Shown here piece after piece: positions 25,101 to 34,832 of a stretch of DNA of 57,494 nucleotides. Within the stretch, counting starts at the first letter, position 1; every line of letters begins with the position of its first letter. The stretch lies in IMG/VR virus record IMGVR_UViG_3300006198_000004; one strand, written 5' to 3'. A model generated the notes under the pieces. It did no database searches. It was not told where the DNA came from and saw only the letters and a program-made list of their open reading frames with translations. Position numbers and translations under genes: made by a program. Source of the stretch: a virus.

Positions 25101-26743
25101 CAACCACGGCGGGCTTTATTGAGGTCGCGTAGTCGATTGTTGGTGATTATCTGCTCATGGTCTATAACCGTTAGAACCGTCTGGGTTGAGATTGAAATTG
25201 CTGTCGTATCGGAGAGGGTCAACTGATAGTCATGCTCCAACAAAAGATTGCGAGTAATCTTTTGTATGCGGATTTGTTTTGCTATTCCGAAACGGTCATC
25301 TTTTACAGGCACAAAATCGCCAACCTTGAATACACATACCTCCGCATCGCGGCTCAACGCCTCAAGGAAATATAGGCGGTCCAGCGTAAGCGAATATTGC
25401 GCTTTGGCTTGGGTCGCAGGCTTGAAATCATCCATGCCGGCATACCACAAATCTTCCTCGGCATTTTGCTCGTAACTTTCGGGCAGAAATATATCGGTAA
25501 TCTTGTAGGTATCACCTATCCTTATGCGATATGCCTCGGTGTCGGTCGTAGGTATGGTAAGGCCGCGTTTGTCAGTGAAAGGGATTAAGCGGAATTTCTT
25601 AGTAGCATGGTCGTAGCCGCCTTTCGCCTCAAGCTCAAACTGCTGCCCTGCCAAAAGCCCGGACGTGAACGTGATTTTGGCCGTAACACCATCCACGAGA
25701 TAGATTGTGCCACTATCGTTTTTGGCGTTAAGGTCAAAGTCCATAGTGTCATCAATGAAAGCGTTTATATCACCGTCAACCAATGCAGTAACTTTGCCCG
25801 TGCGAGTCGGAAAGATTTTGTCGTAGGTCTTGCTATCCTCATCGCTGCCTATCTTGGCCGCCAACTGCGCATCCTCTAAATAACGCTTGCCGTCATCCGA
25901 AATACCGATAAGCTCGGTATTGGGTTCAACAACGGTGCCGTCATATAGAATGTGCTTTTTGCGATTGTAGCGGCGGGGATAAGGCAGTTGTAGGCGTTCA
26001 GCGTAGTTGCGATAGTCGGTGCGTATGTTGGTAGTGCCGCCCTCAACCCAAAGGCGCGTAATAATGGCTTTGTCATCCACCTTTTGCTCTTTGAGCTTAT
26101 AGAGGCCGTTGCCCTTGCCCCACTCAAAATATTCAGCACCGCCGGGGGGATTGACACGCTGCCCGAATTTTCCAATATGGATTGTGCGCACGTTGTCATC
26201 CTGTGTAATAAGAAATTCCAGATTGAAATTGTCCTTATTGCAAAGGGTCTGTAAGACTTGTAGGCAGTTATTCCCGGAGAATTGAAGCGTGAGAGCCTCG
26301 GTTTCGGGGCAGTTGTTTTCATCGAAAGCCCATAGCCCCGGATAATCACGATTGAGGTTGAAAATCAACACTTGCACAAATTCCTTGATTGTATAAGTCA
26401 AGTCAAATGTAGAACGGTCGGATTTTCCGTACCTGTCGCAATTACGATAGATTGTTTTCATAAGGTCATACATAGGCCCGTAGAAAATCGGCTCAAACGT
26501 ATAATGGTTTGCGCCCTCAATCCCACGGGTTGTAGTAGTCCTTATAGAGTAATCGAATCCGTCAACAATGATTTTATCCCCCTTGTCGAAAGATAGCCAT
26601 TTATCGGAAACGATTTGGAGCGAAATATAATCATCGCCCATAAGGGAGCTGTTTTGTGTTGCCTGCTTGACTACACAAAACGGCTCCTTAGTATTGAGCG
26701 TGATAATCTCGCCGTTGCGTTTGATTATTTGAGTAATTCCCAT
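22157..26743 (-). CDS. Giant tail tip / host-specificity protein (1528 aa)
   Basis: It follows the Dit-like gene. Two collagen-like G-X-Y runs are present: GKDGENGTDGKNG (about 23270-23310) and GVDGKPGADGKDGDVGPA (about 23000-23055). Confidence 0.7.
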   Translation of the reverse strand: MGITQIIKRNGEIITLNTKEPFCVVKQATQNSSLMGDDYISLQIVSDKWLSFDKGDKIIVDGFDYSIRTTTTRGIEGANHYTFEPIFYGPMYDLMKTIYRNCDRYGKSDRSTFDLTYTIKEFVQVLIFNLNRDYPGLWAFDENNCPETEALTLQFSGNNCLQVLQTLCNKDNFNLEFLITQDDNVRTIHIGKFGQRVNPPGGAEYFEWGKGNGLYKLKEQKVDDKAIITRLWVEGGTTNIRTDYRNYAERLQLPYPRRYNRKKHILYDGTVVEPNTELIGISDDGKRYLEDAQLAAKIGSDEDSKTYDKIFPTRTGKVTALVDGDINAFIDDTMDFDLNAKNDSGTIYLVDGVTAKITFTSGLLAGQQFELEAKGGYDHATKKFRLIPFTDKRGLTIPTTDTEAYRIRIGDTYKITDIFLPESYEQNAEEDLWYAGMDDFKPATQAKAQYSLTLDRLYFLEALSRDAEVCVFKVGDFVPVKDDRFGIAKQIRIQKITRNLLLEHDYQLTLSDTTAISISTQTVLTVIDHEQIITNNRLRDLNKARRGWRTTEDLRNMVYDTDGFFDTDNIRPNSIDTNMLTVGSKSQQFVLTGVILQANYGGNPNRFAASAGILSHLTIDPNKIRAWQMGAVAFELPSTAGYYLFAKCSKNGETGTWIMTQTQYKFEPTDDPNNYYFLVGILSTLYSDDNFRDFQTTYGFTRINGNTITTGRIVTSDGECYLDLDGNKFRIGDASSSIDWNVSRDNGISLKNVSVVSESGDVSPLGVYRGVWNASYIYYRNDEVSYTTPDGATATYRYIHNTPTKGHLPTDSVYWGVVAQGVNGVNGDSNRLVYRYSFEKPSKPTGSALTPAGWSDTPDRENVQITHGNVFSQLNGYYNSPAIADNEITKNRITIVTTKPNQMVAIEIWAQSETNFDFVLVGKLDTEGLTRTANYLDRISGPDAKKVVYVSIPTAGTHFVDVAYAKDQSNGKNGDCGHYRIVTVNNCWLSVGTVDGSNNNVVAWSDPIPFSIDTADVERIYRLMSSETTPATPASDEYVDDFVPPLTTENHVVGKSYNVGDVVIGADGNYYECLVATTIAPVTQSTVASTGRPLWIMGMDWALRKGWTDNPSGVTTSYRYEYESVRKKKDGKWGAFSTPVLWMVLPNDGKDGENGTDGKNGDYTEYRYAVNGSKSAAPTLNNGERAPSGWTTAMPSVGSLKYLWLTTAKISGQTNALLSNWTTPVRVTPYDGVDGKPGADGKDGDVGPALVFRGVYDSSKTYYGNAKRIDVVKYNNHYYIARIDAGSFSNILPTNTSKWNDFGAEFETIATGFLLAENANIANWIFRNGRLESESGNAYLDGRTGQMLLSGWLRPFVTGITNSNISTYVDEHDCLDLNKTGPLIYLSANLSKLSQYTYLFWLPCMPGVLFPYDAEGSKYVRSLVGTRMIIYNFSPTSVEFVFYCLDDFKPSTLTHVPAHKSVTVPKGSFIALECGITKTNTITQDTQYSNVEIIGWNYVTAKMCPASEYQQLTMSRSPKYSNTNTNNE

Positions 26744-27909
26744 ACCGTTATGGCGTTGGTTTCAAATTGCTCTATGTCCTCGATAACCCCGGTAACGATA
26801 ATGTCATACTCGCCGGGGAGCGCGTAGGTATGCTCTACGGTAGTGTTGTTGCCACCCACGTTGAAAGTGTGAGTGCCATCGCCCCAGTAGATGTTGAGTA
26901 GCTTGTATGTCGATACAGTGATTGTTGCCTTTGAATTGCTGGTGCCGGATATGTGGCGCAACACTCTTTTCACCGGTTCATCCTCTGTGAGCTTGAGGGT
27001 GAATTTGCCAATCATAAGGTCATCATTATAGCCACCCCATTTCTTATCAACGGGGGATTCATCCAGTAAGTCAACCTCATAGACGAGTGGCTTTGCGGTC
27101 CCGTCATACTCCACCTTGAGGCGGCGCGTATGGTCGCCGTCAAAGAGCGCGAAAAAGCGGTTGCACCACTCCACAAATGCGCTGCGGCTGCTTGCCTCGA
27201 TAAAGCATTGTAGAGTAATGGTACGCTCCTTGAAACGCTTGCGCTTGCGGTCGCGCACAACTCCGTGGTAGTTGTCGTAGTCCACCGATAGACTTTCTTT
27301 CTGCGCCAGCCTGCCAACAAGTCTATCAGAGGCCGACACATATACGCCGTAGTCCTTGAAATTTACGCCGTCAACGTAGTATTCAACATCGGTGTCGGCT
27401 TGCATTTTGAGGATTTCTTTCTCTGTCTTTGCCACGTTGAAGAGGCGCACCTCATCCAGCGTTGCAGTCGTTGTGAGCAATTCATCGGTGGAGAGTGAAA
27501 GTCCCGTGGGGTTTGCGCTCAACGTGCCAACATAGACACACTCGGCATTTAAGAACACTTTGAGCGTGGAGCCGCTGCGCACGAAAGCGACAAAATGCCA
27601 CTCGCCCGGCACAACGTCCAGCCACTGCTCGTTGAAATTCTCTATACCGGGTAAATTTACGAGCCACCCCAGACGCTTTGTAGCGATTTTCACATACAAC
27701 GTGAGTGTAAAGTCGCTTGTGAAAGGTATAGCCTGCGCCGTGCTTACCTCGCCGCCGCATAGGTCGAGAGCTTTGCCGGTCTTGGCTTGCTTGGTGAATA
27801 CGGCACCGCCCGAAATGGTTGCGTCATGGCGGCCCGTGGAGTAGTCGTATGCCTTTGAGCCGTCCGGGTCATCAAAGGGCAGATACAAGAGTAAATTTTT
27901 GTCAACCAT
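26725..27909 (-). CDS. Distal tail protein (Dit-like) with LamG-like N-terminal and PKD-like C-terminal domains
   Basis: It has a LamG-like start (LPFDD..GS.AYDYS...ATISGGAVF) and a PKD-like end (WGDGTHT...HTYALPGEYDIIVTG). It lies downstream of the tape measure gene. Confidence 0.6.
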   Translation of the reverse strand: MVDKNLLLYLPFDDPDGSKAYDYSTGRHDATISGGAVFTKQAKTGKALDLCGGEVSTAQAIPFTSDFTLTLYVKIATKRLGWLVNLPGIENFNEQWLDVVPGEWHFVAFVRSGSTLKVFLNAECVYVGTLSANPTGLSLSTDELLTTTATLDEVRLFNVAKTEKEILKMQADTDVEYYVDGVNFKDYGVYVSASDRLVGRLAQKESLSVDYDNYHGVVRDRKRKRFKERTITLQCFIEASSRSAFVEWCNRFFALFDGDHTRRLKVEYDGTAKPLVYEVDLLDESPVDKKWGGYNDDLMIGKFTLKLTEDEPVKRVLRHISGTSNSKATITVSTYKLLNIYWGDGTHTFNVGGNNTTVEHTYALPGEYDIIVTGVIEDIEQFETNAITVWELLK

Positions 27910-27911
27910 GA

Positions 27912-28436
27912 TTAGTATGTGGTTTTATCGTTATAAGTTGCTTTGACTTTTGCGAGTGAGGATAACCCTATATACTCGGTTGTGGTATTTTCCCCATAGG
28001 CGTTGATACTGACATTCGCATCATTGCCTATCACGGAAAGGTGTAGCGTGGCATTGTCGAATAGGTCAATGGTAACAATGGCATTGTCGGAAACAATCAC
28101 GGCTACCTCGCTGTCATGGCGCACATACAGGCGTGAAACGGAATAGCCGTCATACTCCAACATAGCTTTGCAGGCACCGTTAAGCACAACATCCGGCTCG
28201 TTTTTCATCGGGGGGAGTTCATCATCAATAAACACCCCGAAAGGCTCACTCTTGCCCTTGAAATTCTCTCGGAGAAAATCAAGAGTAGGATAGTTTTCGG
28301 AAATGCAAAAATCTATTCCTTTGATATAGAGTTTCACAAGTTCCTCGGTCGAAAGTCCGTTATGGAGCTTCCTTTGCCATAGACGGCACAAGCCTTTATT
28401 TATACCGTCCGTTTTGAGTTGTTCTATCAGTTCCAT
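27912..28436 (-). CDS. Hypothetical tail-module protein
   Basis: The ORF lies between the tape measure and Dit-like genes. Confidence 0.45.
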   Translation of the reverse strand: MELIEQLKTDGINKGLCRLWQRKLHNGLSTEELVKLYIKGIDFCISENYPTLDFLRENFKGKSEPFGVFIDDELPPMKNEPDVVLNGACKAMLEYDGYSVSRLYVRHDSEVAVIVSDNAIVTIDLFDNATLHLSVIGNDANVSINAYGENTTTEYIGLSSLAKVKATYNDKTTY

Positions 28437-28439
28437 AGC

Positions 28440-31400
28440 CTACGATATACCTTGTGAGAGTAAAGAGCTGTCTTTTGTTTCTATTCGCTTGAGGGTCGCG
28501 TCAATCCGGGAGAGTATGGCGTTTGTATTAGCCGTGTTCTGCGATATGGCCGACTGTTGCAATAACTGTTCGCGCAATACGCTCGTCTGCTCGGATTGAT
28601 TTATGATAAAAGCGTTAAGACGGCCCGCGATAACACCGCCTGTTTCCTCGCTCATGGCGGCCACGGCACCGGCCAGCGGGTCGCTTGCCGTATCGTCCTC
28701 AATATCTTTTATCCAATCGCCTACTGCGTCAAGAGCGTTAGTAAAGGTTTCGCCGGCCATTCTGGTAAGGTATTCAAATCGGGCTTTTTCCTCTTTGGTA
28801 AGCACACCGTCCGACATCGCCTCTCCCAGATATTGCACGGCCTCATCCATAGCCTTAGCGAGAAATTGGCGTTTCAGAGCGTCAATCACGGCCTTTTTCA
28901 GTACCTCGCGTGTAGTATCGCCCAAAGCCTTTGCCGCGTCCTCGCCGGCGCAATATGCGTCAACTATCGCGTCCGCGTATTGGTCGATAGCCTCTTTGGT
29001 TGTGGTCCCGGCGAAAGTTTCCATCATTTGCCGGTCTAAGTCCTCAATCTGCTGCTCAATCTGCTCTATCGCATCATTCCATTGCTGGATTTTGTTGTTG
29101 TCGGTCTTTTTCTTGTCCTTTTCAGCTTGGATTTGCTGGCGCATAAGTTCTTGCTGCTCTCGGAGCGACTGTTTCTGTTGCTCATACAAGCCCAGCATAT
29201 CATCACCCTCTTTGGCTTTTGATAGCTGTTTGTTCAAGTCCTTAATCTGCGCCGTCAGTTGGGCGTATTTGGCAAAATCCCATGTTCTACGGGCTGTTTC
29301 ACGCTGTTTCTCCAATGCGGCTATCTGGTCCTCTATCAGTTTTATGTTTTGTTCAAATCCGGCACGTTCCTCATCATTGAATACCCAGTAAGTATTATTA
29401 AAGGCACGTTCCAGACGAGAGTGAGAGCGTTCAAGCGCATCAATCTGTTTTTGTAGCTCCTGTATGCGCTTTTCGTATTTCTTATCATGGAGCTTGGCGA
29501 ATATTCCTACAACGGATGTAATAGAGGAAATCATGCCGGTTACTCCACCGATAATATCACCACTCATAAACTTGCCAACCGAGGCGGCCGCATTTCCCAA
29601 CTGCCCCATAAGCTCTATTGCAGTCCCCAGACCGTCAGCCACTCCGTCCATACCCAGAGCGTCAAACATACTTTGGAGCGAAGAGGCGCACTCGGTCGTT
29701 ATATCCGTTACTTTCTCCACGGATTGAGTAATGCCATTCGCGGCGGCTTTTACCTCGCGCTCGGCATTTTCTACATCCTCTTTGCTACCCTCGCCTTTGG
29801 CTAACGCAGCTTTGGCTGCTGCGAGTTTCTTTCTCGCTTTGAGATAGTCATTAAAGAACGTATCAAGGGCAGAGAACGGGTTGAGTTGCTGAATCCTTTC
29901 TTTGGCTCGTGTAAGGCTATCAATAACGGCCTTAAAGTCCACGGGCGAGAGTTGGATATTGCCGGCGGCCAACTGTTGCTCAACATCCTTAATCAGCTTG
30001 GAGATTTGCCCCACGGAAAGAGTATCAAGGTCGCTAAACAACTTTTTCCAGCTATCGGATTGCTGGAGAAATGCCGTATTCAAAGCCGACAATGCCTCTT
30101 TCTCAGCTTTGTTGATAAGGCGTATGCGTTCCTCATCGCCCATGCGCTCGGCCTCAGCTCGGAGTAAAGCGTATTGGTCGGTGATAGATTGCCTTTGTTC
30201 CTCAAAAGAGCGATAATCGTTTAGGACGGTTTCATGTACCTCTTTTTGGAGTTCGGCCTCCCTTTGGGATAGGTCCAGACTTGCGGCGGCTCGGTCATCA
30301 TCGCTTATAATACCACTTTCGCCATTTTCCAGCTTGCGTTTTGCATCTGCCACCGCTGCCAGTTTCTCGGCAAGAGTTTGGCTACGATTGATAGCGGCAT
30401 TGACACTCTCACGGAAAGCGTCAAGAGCCGTTTTTGCACCTGTAAGCTCATCATATTGCACGTTAAGGGATATAAGAAAATTACTCTCTCCCTCGGTGAT
30501 TGTTCCGGCGGCTTTTTTGGCTTGGAGTTCGGCGATTTGCTTTTCAAGATACTGCTTGAAAGAATTGCCCGATTGGAGCAAAGACGCAAATTGCTTATCG
30601 GCAACATCCTTACCCATATTCTCCACCCAACGCCAATAGAGTTCGTATTGCTTTTTCTTGTAATCCAATTCGCCCTCAAAGAGTTTGTTCGTGGATTGCT
30701 GGTAGCTTTGATTCTCATAGGCGCGGCGTTGTGCAAAGCCGTCTTTTTCCTCTTGGGATAGGCCGCCTTTGCCTGCGGATTTACGAGCCTTTATAAGCTC
30801 TTTTTCCTCTTTGTCGATACGGTCAAGAGCTTCCTTATGTTGTAGGTCAAGAGTAGCTTTGCGTTTGGCATAGCCCTCTTCCATGACTGCAATACGGGAC
30901 TCTTCGACACGCTTTTCAGCCTCAAGCTGCTTTTGTGCCAAAGTATCAGCGGCACGGGCCGCATCGTTTGCTCCATTGTGGCCGCCACTACGCCCGCCAC
31001 CGCGCTTATTTCTGCCCGTGGCGGAATCCAACTTTTTCTGGAGTGTATCAATTTGGGTGTTGTAGTCTTTCCATGCTTGGCTTCCCAGTTGAGCCTCGCC
31101 GCGCAACTTTTTGAGATTTTGGATTTCGCTATTTATGCCAGTTTCAGTATTGAGGTCGTTTTGTTTCTGCCCAATTTGAGCTTGAACATCGCGCAACATC
31201 GCCATTGCGTCTTGATAGCCATATACGGCAATATCAATCGCAACCTCGGTCCCGCTTATCTTTGTAGCCAAATCGTGTAGTTCAGTAAGGCTTAGGCTGG
31301 CAATATCAATTTGCGGAGCTGTCTGTTCAGCCGTGTTACCCATTCGGGCATAAGAATCAGCGGCGGCATTTGTCGCTTCTGTTTGTTCCTCAAATGCTTG

Positions 31401-33875
31401 TCTTGCCAAGATAGCACGGTCAATAATACCATCTTCCTGCATGAATACATCGTGGAACGCATCATCAAGCACTGAATAATCAGTAATAAACGAAGCGTGT
31501 TGTGCATCAATTCCCGCATCGGTCATTATCTGTGTTATCTGGTCGCGTAACTGTTGTTTAGCCCTTTCCTTTTCATCGTCTGAAAGGTTCACCATTTTAG
31601 GCAAAGCGTCCTCAATTATTTGCCGGATATGCCCGGCAAAAGCCGTGGCGTTCTGTTGAATATCATCGCTATCAGTAGAATATCCAATGCCTAAAATTTC
31701 ATTCCAATTATAGTGGTGAGCCTCTTTGAGTTCCTTTTGGATTGATTTCTCAATCTCATCCAAAGCCGTAGAATACTCGTTTTGAATATTAGCGAGTGAA
31801 TTAGACCTTTCAGTTTCGCCCGATTGACGTTTAATAGCGTCAGTGAGTTTATCCATAGCCTCCTGCACCTCTCGTGCGGACGCTCCAACTTGTAACGCAT
31901 TTAAGCCGTATTCCTCTAACTGCGCATTTAGTTCTTGAAAGGCTTTCTTATAGGCATTACTATTATGGTCGGTATTTTGTAACACCGATACAAGCATTTG
32001 GAGATTGGATAACTGACTTTCTCCACTCTCGCCAAATTTTTTCATACTATCCGCCGCATCATCCTCGCTATCGCCCAGCATGGTAAATGCACTTATCAAT
32101 AGGCCGACAAGAGATAGAATTGCGCCGATAGGGTTAGCTACCATTGTAGCCCAGAGAGCTTTTAACCCTGCTGTCAATTTACCCGTAGCGGCCGATAATA
32201 TGCTTGTGGCTGCTGTCTGTGCAGTCTTAGCGGCGGTGTCGGCTACCGATGCGGCCCGACCTTGTGTGGTTGCAAGAGTTTCAAGCTGTTTTTTCTTTGC
32301 ATAGAAATCCGATTGAGCCGCCAATGCCGCTTTGCGAGTAATAGCTTGCTGGTCCACGGCCGCCTCAAGTCTTTTTTGTGCAGCGGCTATGGCTGTCGCA
32401 TTTCCTGACTGTTGCGCCCAATATACCTCATAACGAGCCGCTTCAACCGCTTGTGTTGCTGATATAGCCTTTGACTTGGCGGCTTCAACTGACACGGCCG
32501 CCTCTTTTACGGTTGTGCGCATGGTTTCCAAAGAGGCCGCTTGGCTTGCCCGTTTGGATTGTACCTCTTGGATAACGGCAGCTCGATAGGCCGCACTTTT
32601 GGCGGTCAAATCCATTTTTGACAATGCCAAACGCTGCTCGGCCGAAAGAACACTCAACGCTGCGGCTTCATATCCTGCGCTTGATGTAGTAAGTCCGATG
32701 TTGGATAGGTACTCTTGCTGCTGAACAGTCAACAGGCTCGTAATAGCCCCTATTCGTAGCTGCTTGACAATAGCCGCTTGTTGTTCCGCGCTTAGGGTAG
32801 CCTCCAATGCCGTAAAATGTGCATTTTCGGCGGCGGTCATAGCTTTCTTTTGAGCAAGAGCCGTGCCGTTGAGAGCTGCCTCGGCTTTCATAAGTACGAG
32901 TTTTGCGCTCCTTACGGTGTTGTCAAGCACTGCAATGCCGGTGTAGCCTTTGGTCGCAACACTATTGAGTACGATAGCGGCTTTCACTGACCCGTAGCCG
33001 ATAGCAACCGCTTTCAGTATGCGCACCAACGTATCCATGTGTTCCACAAGGTATGTGGCACCGGCAATAGCCCCGGAGAATAAGCCCTCGTTGGATTTAC
33101 CCCAGTCGTTAAGAACAGTGTCCCAAGCGTCTTGTAGGTTTGCAATCTGTCCCGTGAGAGAGGCCGATTGTTTTTCCATGAGGTTGTAGAATTGGCCGCC
33201 GGAATTAGTCATCTTGTTTAAGACCTCTTCGACATCGGCAAAGCCGATTTTGCCGGCCGACACCATTTCATTTATCGCATCGGCTGTTGTATGGTATTTC
33301 TCCGCAAGCTCTTTTACAAGTGGAATACCACGGCCCGTAAATTGTCGCACGTCTTGCGCATAGAGCCTGCCCTGTACCATTGTTGTACCGTATAGGTAAA
33401 CAATATCATTAAGAGGTATGGAAAGGCCGCTGGCTATGTTTCCAAGCCTTACAAGCGTGTCATTCACTTTGTCGGCACTCACACCATAAGCCATGAGCTG
33501 CTTTGCACCCTCAGCCACGCCCATAAGGTCAAATGGCGTTTTGGCGGCGGTGTCAACCATCTGTTGCATGAGCGTAGTAGCCTTATCGGTACTGCCCAGC
33601 ATTGTTTCAAAGGCAATTTCCAGTTGCTGGAATTGTCCGCGTGTCTGTATAATGGAATTTACGAGGCCGTGCATACCCTGTCCTACAAGGTAATAGGAGA
33701 TATAACGCCCTGCGCTTTCGGCCATTTTTCTAAATGAATCCTCAACCTCTCCAACCTCGCTAATAGCGGTATTGGAGAAATTTCTAATCTGTCGCTCCAT
33801 TGACTGAGCCGACACATTGAAATCATCTATATTGAGCGTTGCCCTAAATCCTAACGCGCCGCCTAAGTTTTCCAT
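28440..33875 (-). CDS. Tail tape measure protein (1811 aa)
   Basis: The N-terminal TMP core is AKTPFDLMGVAEGAKQLMAYGVSADKVNDTLVRLGNIASG. It also has a long coiled coil, a TM-like segment and the expected position. Confidence 0.88.
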   Translation of the reverse strand: MENLGGALGFRATLNIDDFNVSAQSMERQIRNFSNTAISEVGEVEDSFRKMAESAGRYISYYLVGQGMHGLVNSIIQTRGQFQQLEIAFETMLGSTDKATTLMQQMVDTAAKTPFDLMGVAEGAKQLMAYGVSADKVNDTLVRLGNIASGLSIPLNDIVYLYGTTMVQGRLYAQDVRQFTGRGIPLVKELAEKYHTTADAINEMVSAGKIGFADVEEVLNKMTNSGGQFYNLMEKQSASLTGQIANLQDAWDTVLNDWGKSNEGLFSGAIAGATYLVEHMDTLVRILKAVAIGYGSVKAAIVLNSVATKGYTGIAVLDNTVRSAKLVLMKAEAALNGTALAQKKAMTAAENAHFTALEATLSAEQQAAIVKQLRIGAITSLLTVQQQEYLSNIGLTTSSAGYEAAALSVLSAEQRLALSKMDLTAKSAAYRAAVIQEVQSKRASQAASLETMRTTVKEAAVSVEAAKSKAISATQAVEAARYEVYWAQQSGNATAIAAAQKRLEAAVDQQAITRKAALAAQSDFYAKKKQLETLATTQGRAASVADTAAKTAQTAATSILSAATGKLTAGLKALWATMVANPIGAILSLVGLLISAFTMLGDSEDDAADSMKKFGESGESQLSNLQMLVSVLQNTDHNSNAYKKAFQELNAQLEEYGLNALQVGASAREVQEAMDKLTDAIKRQSGETERSNSLANIQNEYSTALDEIEKSIQKELKEAHHYNWNEILGIGYSTDSDDIQQNATAFAGHIRQIIEDALPKMVNLSDDEKERAKQQLRDQITQIMTDAGIDAQHASFITDYSVLDDAFHDVFMQEDGIIDRAILARQAFEEQTEATNAAADSYARMGNTAEQTAPQIDIASLSLTELHDLATKISGTEVAIDIAVYGYQDAMAMLRDVQAQIGQKQNDLNTETGINSEIQNLKKLRGEAQLGSQAWKDYNTQIDTLQKKLDSATGRNKRGGGRSGGHNGANDAARAADTLAQKQLEAEKRVEESRIAVMEEGYAKRKATLDLQHKEALDRIDKEEKELIKARKSAGKGGLSQEEKDGFAQRRAYENQSYQQSTNKLFEGELDYKKKQYELYWRWVENMGKDVADKQFASLLQSGNSFKQYLEKQIAELQAKKAAGTITEGESNFLISLNVQYDELTGAKTALDAFRESVNAAINRSQTLAEKLAAVADAKRKLENGESGIISDDDRAAASLDLSQREAELQKEVHETVLNDYRSFEEQRQSITDQYALLRAEAERMGDEERIRLINKAEKEALSALNTAFLQQSDSWKKLFSDLDTLSVGQISKLIKDVEQQLAAGNIQLSPVDFKAVIDSLTRAKERIQQLNPFSALDTFFNDYLKARKKLAAAKAALAKGEGSKEDVENAEREVKAAANGITQSVEKVTDITTECASSLQSMFDALGMDGVADGLGTAIELMGQLGNAAASVGKFMSGDIIGGVTGMISSITSVVGIFAKLHDKKYEKRIQELQKQIDALERSHSRLERAFNNTYWVFNDEERAGFEQNIKLIEDQIAALEKQRETARRTWDFAKYAQLTAQIKDLNKQLSKAKEGDDMLGLYEQQKQSLREQQELMRQQIQAEKDKKKTDNNKIQQWNDAIEQIEQQIEDLDRQMMETFAGTTTKEAIDQYADAIVDAYCAGEDAAKALGDTTREVLKKAVIDALKRQFLAKAMDEAVQYLGEAMSDGVLTKEEKARFEYLTRMAGETFTNALDAVGDWIKDIEDDTASDPLAGAVAAMSEETGGVIAGRLNAFIINQSEQTSVLREQLLQQSAISQNTANTNAILSRIDATLKRIETKDSSLLSQGIS

Positions 33876-34108
33876 TACATATAACCTTTGAGATAGTTTT
33901 TAATATCTTCTTTTGTTGTGAGTTCTTGGGTGATTGTCTGGCTTTCATCAATCGGGTTGCCGTTTTCGTCAAGTGGCACTTCCTTTGCCCTCGGCGCATC
34001 CGCAATCATCAGTTGCACGTTGAGCCATGAAATGCCCCATAGCAAGTATTCATAGCTCCACCCAAAGTTTCGTAGTAGTTCGCCACGATTACCCCACGGA
34101 GAGTTCAA
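33875..34108 (-). CDS. Tail assembly chaperone, downstream part (TTG start in the track; possibly made by frameshift)
   Basis: It sits directly between the chaperone-like ORF and the tape measure gene. Its frame is -1 relative to 34114-34761 and stays open upstream. Confidence 0.4.
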   Translation of the reverse strand: MNSPWGNRGELLRNFGWSYEYLLWGISWLNVQLMIADAPRAKEVPLDENGNPIDESQTITQELTTKEDIKNYLKGYM

Positions 34109-34113
34109 CCCGG

Positions 34114-34761
34114 TTACTCTATTCGGTCGTTCTCGGTTTTCGGCCGGGTCGTTCCCATTTCCCGTATCAATCGAATAGAGGATGTAAAACCCGCGGGGTT
34201 CATCATCTGGTTAATAACCTCGGCGAGTTTTTGTAAACGCGCCACGGTTAGGTGTTCCATGAAAAATTGTTTGAGGTCCCGCACGGATTTGTTTTTAAGG
34301 TCGGCCACTATCGGGTCGTTAATGACTGCAACGGCGGCTATTTCTGCCATTTGGGGTATGTACTTGAATAGCCGCTTGCTCTCTTGGATAGGTTGCGCTT
34401 GCACAACATCCTCGTTGTATTCCATGAGCATATAGAGCTGGCGCAAGCGGTCGATAGTTCCGAGATAAAGAGGTTTTATATGGAAATTGCGCATATACAC
34501 CTCTTTCATCGTGCCGGTTTCAACATCGGGTATCTCGGTAAGCGTTACATCCCAGTCTTTGGGTATCTGTTTATCGCGCCACACTACATTGCGCTTTGGG
34601 AATAAGCGTTTTTTGAGATTAAACCACTTTGAGGGCTTAACCGGGTTAATTTTCAAAGGCACGGTAAACTTAGCCCCCATTGATAGGAGGGCTTGTATTG
34701 CCTTATCTTCTATCTCTAACCGCTGCTCGCGTGTCAGTTCTTGTTGCTCTTGCTGTTCCAT
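34114..34761 (-). CDS. Tail assembly chaperone (gpG-like, by position)
   Basis: It lies between the major tail and tape measure genes. Confidence 0.5.
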   Translation of the reverse strand: MEQQEQQELTREQRLEIEDKAIQALLSMGAKFTVPLKINPVKPSKWFNLKKRLFPKRNVVWRDKQIPKDWDVTLTEIPDVETGTMKEVYMRNFHIKPLYLGTIDRLRQLYMLMEYNEDVVQAQPIQESKRLFKYIPQMAEIAAVAVINDPIVADLKNKSVRDLKQFFMEHLTVARLQKLAEVINQMMNPAGFTSSIRLIREMGTTRPKTENDRIE

Positions 34762-34776
34762 TGCGATTTAATTAAA

Positions 34777-34810
34777 TGCGCCCCCTAACCGAATAGGGAT
34801 AGGGGGCGCA
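34777..34810 (-). terminator. Strong hairpin after the major tail gene (possible attenuator)
   Basis: It has a perfect 11-bp stem, TGCGCCCCCTA/TAGGGGGCGCA, with a 12-nt loop. The following A/T-rich run is weak as a U tract. Confidence 0.45.
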
Positions 34811-34832
34811 GTCGTTGCGAAAAGGCCCGTTG

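Noticed and set aside
28603-29391. A 262-aa plus-strand ORF, and many other ORFs of 60-150 aa antisense to the tape measure, capsid, tail tip and portal genes
   Set aside because: They are low-complexity Ser/Ala/Cys-rich translations nested entirely inside long, well-supported minus-strand genes.
34150-34160. GGGAAAT as a canonical -1 slippery heptamer
   Set aside because: In the zero frame it is phased CGG-GAA-ATG, not X-XXY-YYZ. It is mentioned only as a weak candidate.
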